From: an uncultured Chloroflexia bacterium
GTDB lineage: Bacteria > Chloroflexota > Limnocylindria > Limnocylindrales > CSP1-4
Assembly: GCA_963833225.1 (NCBI GenBank)
Contig: CAWHXD010000006.1
Span: forward strand, 160,001 to 224,000
Direction: 5' to 3'
DNA: 64,000 nt
In this document: in pieces, positions 59,457 to 64,000 of the stretch
Layout: each line of letters starts with the position of its first letter
Position numbering within the stretch: position 1 is the stretch's first letter
Made by a program: the position numbers and the translations under genes
Notes under the pieces: model-generated
What the model saw: only the letters and a program-made list of their open reading frames with translations
Told to the model about the DNA's origin: nothing
The model's database searches: none

Positions 59457-60305
59457 TCAGGGCGCCTTGGGCGTCACGGCCCGGCAGCGGTCCCGCACCG
59501 GGCACAGGTCGTGCTTCGGGTTCTGGGCATGGCAGATCACCCGGCCGTGGTGGATCAGCAGGACGTGGGCGGCGTACATCTGGTCGGGCTCCAGCAGCCC
59601 CAGGAACAGGTCGTGCGCCTGGTCCGCGGTGGCCTTGGCCGGGATGAGGCCGATCCGCTTGGACACGCGCTCGACGTGGCGGTCCACGGCCATGACCGGG
59701 GCGCCGAAGCAGAACGCGAGCACGATCGAGGCCGTCTTCTTGCCGATGCCGTCGATGGCGGTCAGCCAGTCCCGGGCCTCGAGCGCGGGCATCTCGCCCA
59801 GGAACGCGAGCGAGTAGTCGCCGCGCTGCTCCCGGATGTGGCGCAGGGTGGCCTGCAGGCGAGGTGCCTTCTGCGGCGCCAGGCCACCGGGGCGGATGAC
59901 GTCGATGAGCTCCGGCAGCGGCGCGTGCTCCACCATCGACCAGTCGGGCGGTGGCTCTGTCGGCAGGCCGCCGCCGCCCCAGCCGATGCCGGGCCGGTGC
60001 TCCTCGGGATCGCGCTCGCTGGGGTAGGCGCGGCGGAGCTGCCCGTACGCCTTCTCGGCGTTCGTGTCCGCGGTGTTCTGGGTGAGGATGGTGAGGATCA
60101 GCTCGCTGGTGGGATCGAGCCGGGCTTCCCAGCGCTGCTCGCCGTACGTGGCCGTGAGCTGCTCCAGCACGTAGCCCTGCAACCCGGGTCGATATCGCCG
60201 CAGGTAGCTCGCCCACCGTCGGACGGGGTCGCCCGATGTCCGGGTGCGCCTGGCAGGCCGCTTCGCGGCGGGCTTGCCGGCCGGAGTCGACGTCGACGGG
60301 CTCAT
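59457..60305 (-). CDS. nth: Endonuclease III-like HhH-GPD glycosylase
   Basis: LILTILTQNT, IDGIGKKTA, VDRHV, C-terminal Fe-S loop CHAQNPKHDLCPVRDRC. Confidence 0.85.
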   Translation of the reverse strand: MSPSTSTPAGKPAAKRPARRTRTSGDPVRRWASYLRRYRPGLQGYVLEQLTATYGEQRWEARLDPTSELILTILTQNTADTNAEKAYGQLRRAYPSERDPEEHRPGIGWGGGGLPTEPPPDWSMVEHAPLPELIDVIRPGGLAPQKAPRLQATLRHIREQRGDYSLAFLGEMPALEARDWLTAIDGIGKKTASIVLAFCFGAPVMAVDRHVERVSKRIGLIPAKATADQAHDLFLGLLEPDQMYAAHVLLIHHGRVICHAQNPKHDLCPVRDRCRAVTPKAP

Positions 60306-61405
60306 GAGGCGGTCGTGATCTCGAGCGCGAGCCGCTCGGCTGCCGCCTCCACGGGGGCAACCCCGGCCGAGCGAGCTGTCTCCAGGCTGATGGGTCCCTC
60401 GTGGGCCGCGACGACCCTGACCCCGACCGTCCCCAGCGCCCGGATGCCTTCGGCTGTCGCGCCGCCACCGATCGCGACGCACTGCACGCCAGCGGCCTGC
60501 GCTCGGCGCGCCACGCCCATCGCCGTCTTGCCGAACGCCGTCTGGGCGTCGATCCGGCCCTCGCCGGTGATCACGAGATCCGCCGCCGCGAGCACGTCGT
60601 CGAACCGCGTCTCCGCCATCACGAGGTCGATGCCCGGTTCCAGGCGCAGCGCCGCGAACCGATCCGCCAGGCAGAGCAGCCCGAAGCCGAGCCCGCCCGC
60701 CGCGCCGGCACCGGCGATCTCGCGCTCGCGGCGGCCGGTCGCGGCCTCGAGCGCGTCGGCGAACCGTGCCAGACGGATGTCCAGGGTGATGACTACCTCC
60801 GGTGTTGCCCCCTTCTGGGGTCCATAGATGGCGGCCGCGCCCTCCGGGCCCAACAGTGGGTTGGTCACGTCACAGGCGATCCGGAGCCGGACGTCGGAGA
60901 GCCGCGGATCGAGGTTCGCCAGCTCCACCTGGCCGAGGTCGTCGCTCACGATGGCCCCCAGCGCCCGCAGGACGCCCGCCCCGCCGTCGGTCGTCGCCGA
61001 TCCTCCAATCCCCAGCGCCACGTCGCGGATGCCGGCATCAAGGACCGCGTGGAGCAGCTCACCCGTGCCGCGGGTGGTGGCCCGCATCGCGTCCCGGTCG
61101 TCCGGATCCAGCCGGGAGAGCCCAGAGGCCTGCGCCATCTCCACGAACGCGGCGGCGCCATCGTCACGGGCCAGCCAGGCAGCGCGGATGGTCCGTCCCA
61201 GTGGATCCGTGACGTCGGTCTCGCGGCGGGTCCAGCCACCGGCGGCCTCGATCGCGACCAGGGTGCCTTCGCCGCCATCGGCCAGCGGGGCAAGCCGCAC
61301 GTCGTCGTCTGGGCGCGCTCGGCGCCACCCGGCGGCGATCGCCCGCGCCACCTCGACGCTGGTGAGCGTGCCCTTGTAGGAATCGGGCGCGACCAGGACC
61401 CGCAT
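60302..61405 (-). CDS. glxK: Glycerate kinase (GlxK/GarK family)
   Basis: APDSYKG, PLADGGEGT, GGSATTDGG, YGPQKGA, ITGEGRID.QT..GK. Confidence 0.92.
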   Translation of the reverse strand: MRVLVAPDSYKGTLTSVEVARAIAAGWRRARPDDDVRLAPLADGGEGTLVAIEAAGGWTRRETDVTDPLGRTIRAAWLARDDGAAAFVEMAQASGLSRLDPDDRDAMRATTRGTGELLHAVLDAGIRDVALGIGGSATTDGGAGVLRALGAIVSDDLGQVELANLDPRLSDVRLRIACDVTNPLLGPEGAAAIYGPQKGATPEVVITLDIRLARFADALEAATGRREREIAGAGAAGGLGFGLLCLADRFAALRLEPGIDLVMAETRFDDVLAAADLVITGEGRIDAQTAFGKTAMGVARRAQAAGVQCVAIGGGATAEGIRALGTVGVRVVAAHEGPISLETARSAGVAPVEAAAERLALEITTAS

Positions 61406-61411
61406 GGGTGC

Positions 61412-63334
61412 CTAGTCGCCCGTCCTGGAGATGCCGGTGGCCGCTCGCCGTCGCTCCAGGTACTCCGGGATCCGGATCATGGGCGGCCGCTCGTTGTCGG
61501 CGAGCTCCATCACCTCGAGGCTCAGCCGCCCTCGCCCGGCGCGCGGCAGCTTCATGGTCGATCCCGGCTCGGCGAACAGCCTGGCCCGCCGACGCTCCTC
61601 CAGCCGCTTGGTGACGGCCTGGAGGATGACGAACGACATCCGCGACAGCCCCTCGAGCTCCTGGTTGCGGTGCACCCGGCGCTCCAGGTCCACCTGTCCG
61701 AGGCCTCCCAGGCCGATCTTCTCGGCCACGTCGATCAGATGCCCGATCTCGACCGCGTAGCCCGTGAAGAACGGGAGCTGTTCCAGGAGCGACCGCCGGC
61801 CCGCGTACTCGCCCGACAGCGGCTGGATGAAGCCGGACAGCTCTGGGAAGAACAGGTTGATCAGCGGCCTCGCGACCAGCTCGGTGACGCGACCGCCGCC
61901 TCCCTCCTTGAGCACCCCGCCTTCGACGATGGGGCGCTGGTAGTAGCCCTTGACGTACTGGAGGCGAGGCTCCACGAGCAGCGGGCCAAGCGTCCCGTAG
62001 ACCATCCGGTGGTGCCAGTTGCGGACGTCGGTGTCCGCCCAGATCACGATGTCACCGGTCGACTCGAACAACGACTTCCAGAGCGCCTCGCCCTTGCCGG
62101 CAAACGAGCCGTAGCGCGGCAGGATGTCGGGGTGCTGAACGACGCGGGCGCCTTCGGCGGCGGCGATCGCCCGCGTGTCGTCCGTTGACGCGGAGTCGAT
62201 GACCAGGATCTCGTCAAGGATCGGGTAGCGCTCCTGCATCTCGCGGACCGCCCGGCGCACGATCGGACCGATCGTCTCCGACTCGTTGAGCGTGGGCAGC
62301 ACGAGCGAGACGGTGATCCCCTGCTTCGCCTTGAGGGCGGCCAGCCGCGCGAGATCCGCGAACTCGCTGTGGTGGAAGTTGACCTCCGCGAACCAGCGGT
62401 CCACCTTGACCCGGATCGCTCGCGCCTCGTCGGCGGCACGGTCGGCCGCGGCGAGGCTCTCGGCCTTCTGGACAAGCTGCTCGAACGTCTGGCGACCGAT
62501 GGGCTCGCGCGTCTTGACCACGATCACGGTCGGCTTCGCGCGCTGGGCGATCGCCTCCGGGAGGGCCCCGAACAGCGCGCCGCCGGGCTCCCCGCCGGGG
62601 GCCGAGGCGCCCATCACCACCAGGTCCGCGTGATCCGCCTCGCGCAGGATTGCCGTCCGGACGTTGCCGGCCTCGCGGAGCAGCGGTTCCATGTTCGCGG
62701 TCAGGAATTGACGGGCGAACGCGGCGAGCGCCCGCTCCTCCTGGGCCCGGACGCCCTCGGTCACGCCAACCGGAACCAGGTGCATGACCACGATCGTCGC
62801 GCCGTGACGATTGGCCAGGGCGTCGGCGACGCGCAGCGCCAGCTCCGCGTGGGGACCGCCTCGGACGGGAACCAGGATCCGGCGGATCCGGGTGGCGCCG
62901 CGCTGCTTGACCACGGCGATGTCGCAGGGCGACTTGCGCACGACCTCGTCGATGGTCGGGCTGATCACCGACGCGCCGGGTTCACGGTGCGGCCCGGACT
63001 TGCCGCCCCAGCCGAAGATCATCAGGTCCGCTTCCTGCTCGGCGGCGGCCTCCACGATCCCGGCGGCGGCGTGGCGCCCGATCCGGACCATGGGGTGGAT
63101 CACGGTCCCCTCCGGGACGTAGTCCATCACCTTCTGGAGCAGCCGTCGCGACTGGCGGGCGCGTGTCGCCCCCTCGGACAGCGGCATGCCCTCGGGCACC
63201 TCCACGATGCCCAGGGCGGTGAGCTCACCGGTGCGCTCGTCCATCAGCGCGGCACCGATCCGGATCAGCTCCTCCGCGGTGAGCGGGTTCGCGACCGGGA
63301 TGATGACCCTCGAGGGGAGGGGCGTGATGCTCAC
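61412..63334 (-). CDS. gpgS: Tandem-USP fused to glucosyl-3-phosphoglycerate synthase
   Basis: Two USP domains (IIPVANP...SPCDIAVVK; ILVPVRGGPHA), then LPTLNE, GKGEALWKS, DTD, GGGRVTELVARP, QPLSGEYA, RVHRNQ. Confidence 0.85.
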   Translation of the reverse strand: MSITPLPSRVIIPVANPLTAEELIRIGAALMDERTGELTALGIVEVPEGMPLSEGATRARQSRRLLQKVMDYVPEGTVIHPMVRIGRHAAAGIVEAAAEQEADLMIFGWGGKSGPHREPGASVISPTIDEVVRKSPCDIAVVKQRGATRIRRILVPVRGGPHAELALRVADALANRHGATIVVMHLVPVGVTEGVRAQEERALAAFARQFLTANMEPLLREAGNVRTAILREADHADLVVMGASAPGGEPGGALFGALPEAIAQRAKPTVIVVKTREPIGRQTFEQLVQKAESLAAADRAADEARAIRVKVDRWFAEVNFHHSEFADLARLAALKAKQGITVSLVLPTLNESETIGPIVRRAVREMQERYPILDEILVIDSASTDDTRAIAAAEGARVVQHPDILPRYGSFAGKGEALWKSLFESTGDIVIWADTDVRNWHHRMVYGTLGPLLVEPRLQYVKGYYQRPIVEGGVLKEGGGGRVTELVARPLINLFFPELSGFIQPLSGEYAGRRSLLEQLPFFTGYAVEIGHLIDVAEKIGLGGLGQVDLERRVHRNQELEGLSRMSFVILQAVTKRLEERRRARLFAEPGSTMKLPRAGRGRLSLEVMELADNERPPMIRIPEYLERRRAATGISRTGD

Positions 63335-64000
63335 CGGGGCGCTTCCCGCGCGGTGCCCGGTCGCTTGGCCGGCGCCGCGTCCAGCGCGTGCCAGCGGTCC
63401 ACCAGGTACGGCTTGAGGAGCTCGAACTGGCGGGCCTGGCGCTCCACCCGCTCCTCGGCGTCGGCGGTGGTCAGGTGGCGGTTCTCGATCACGAAGCTCC
63501 CGACTCGTCCGAAGTAGATCGGCACCAGCGCGGCCACCATCGCCCCCGTGTCCAGGACGCCCCGGCGGGTCGCGATGATCAGGTCGTACATCACCCGCGC
63601 CCACAGCTCGTCCGGGAAATGGAACGCCGCCAGGGCCTCCGCCATGTCCGCGGTGGCGACCGGCGTGGTGCCTGCCTCGCCGCCGATGCCCAGCCTGCGC
63701 AGCGCGTCGTCGGCGAGCCGCCCGCCTCCTCGGCGAGCGCGAGGACCATCTCGGCATTGTCCCGCTCGAGCATCGTCCGCCAGGTATCGGCGAGGGCGAG
63801 CGAGCCTCCGTGGAACTCCGACAGCAACCGGATCGAGTTCACCTCCAGCGGGGGCGGGTCGATGATCCGCTCGAACCCGTAGACCGGGATGTCGTGCGAA
63901 CCCCGCACGTCCAGCCAGGCGTCGGCGTGGGAGGCGGCCAGCCGGAGGATCGTGCCCACCACCTGGCGGAACATCGGACCCAGGTCCGAGCCGGGATCCT
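63331..64000 (-). CDS. GT2 glycosyltransferase, glucosylglycerate synthase (Ggs)-like C-terminus (partial; frameshift near 63720)
   Basis: MFRQVVGT, ELWARVMYD, LVPIYFGRVGSF, FELLKPYLVDRW; context with gpgS and glycerate kinase. Confidence 0.65.
   Translation of the reverse strand, partial: GSRLGPGSDVPPGGGHDPPAGRLPRRRLAGRAGFARHPGLRVRADHRPAPAGGELDPVAVGVPRRLARPRRYLADDARAGQCRDGPRARRGGGRLADDALRRLGIGGEAGTTPVATADMAEALAAFHFPDELWARVMYDLIIATRRGVLDTGAMVAALVPIYFGRVGSFVIENRHLTTADAEERVERQARQFELLKPYLVDRWHALDAAPAKRPGTAREAPR

Overview
Very GC-rich bacterial chromosomal segment with dense, mostly housekeeping and accessory metabolic genes. The gene set and style suggest Chloroflexota, perhaps Limnocylindria-like, but this is inference only. 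Left to right: a class III nucleotide cyclase (cut by the window edge); an SdpR/SdpI/ABC peptide-immunity operon; an SDR and ribokinase; a four-gene flavinylation module (MsrQ/ferric-reductase-like membrane cytochrome, two anchored coiled-coil proteins, ApbE); a Zur-znu operon; DsbA-VKOR; MMPL plus an AttH/CrtC-like lipoprotein; a KamA radical SAM enzyme followed by a 51-bp tandem repeat; DmpA peptidase; pabB/pabC; several small genes; a double-GGDEF/EAL protein; a single-chain PreT-PreA dihydropyrimidine dehydrogenase; IS3 and IS256 elements around a poly-T stretch that is probably an artefact; a split rrf2-sufC-sufS...sufU-moeB-JAMM locus lacking sufB/sufD, with an inverted ABC/FAD-oxidoreductase block inside it; xfp-ackA-USP; and a glucosylglycerate cluster (Ggs-like, USP-GpgS fusion, glycerate kinase, nth, nucleoside hydrolase). 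The region ~37.5-47.3 kb has many frameshifts that look like long-read errors rather than real pseudogenes. Best candidate for a new system: the ApbE module, whose only plausible substrate is a coiled-coil stalk ending in a bare SGAS tail. No rRNA, tRNA or CRISPR array was recognised.
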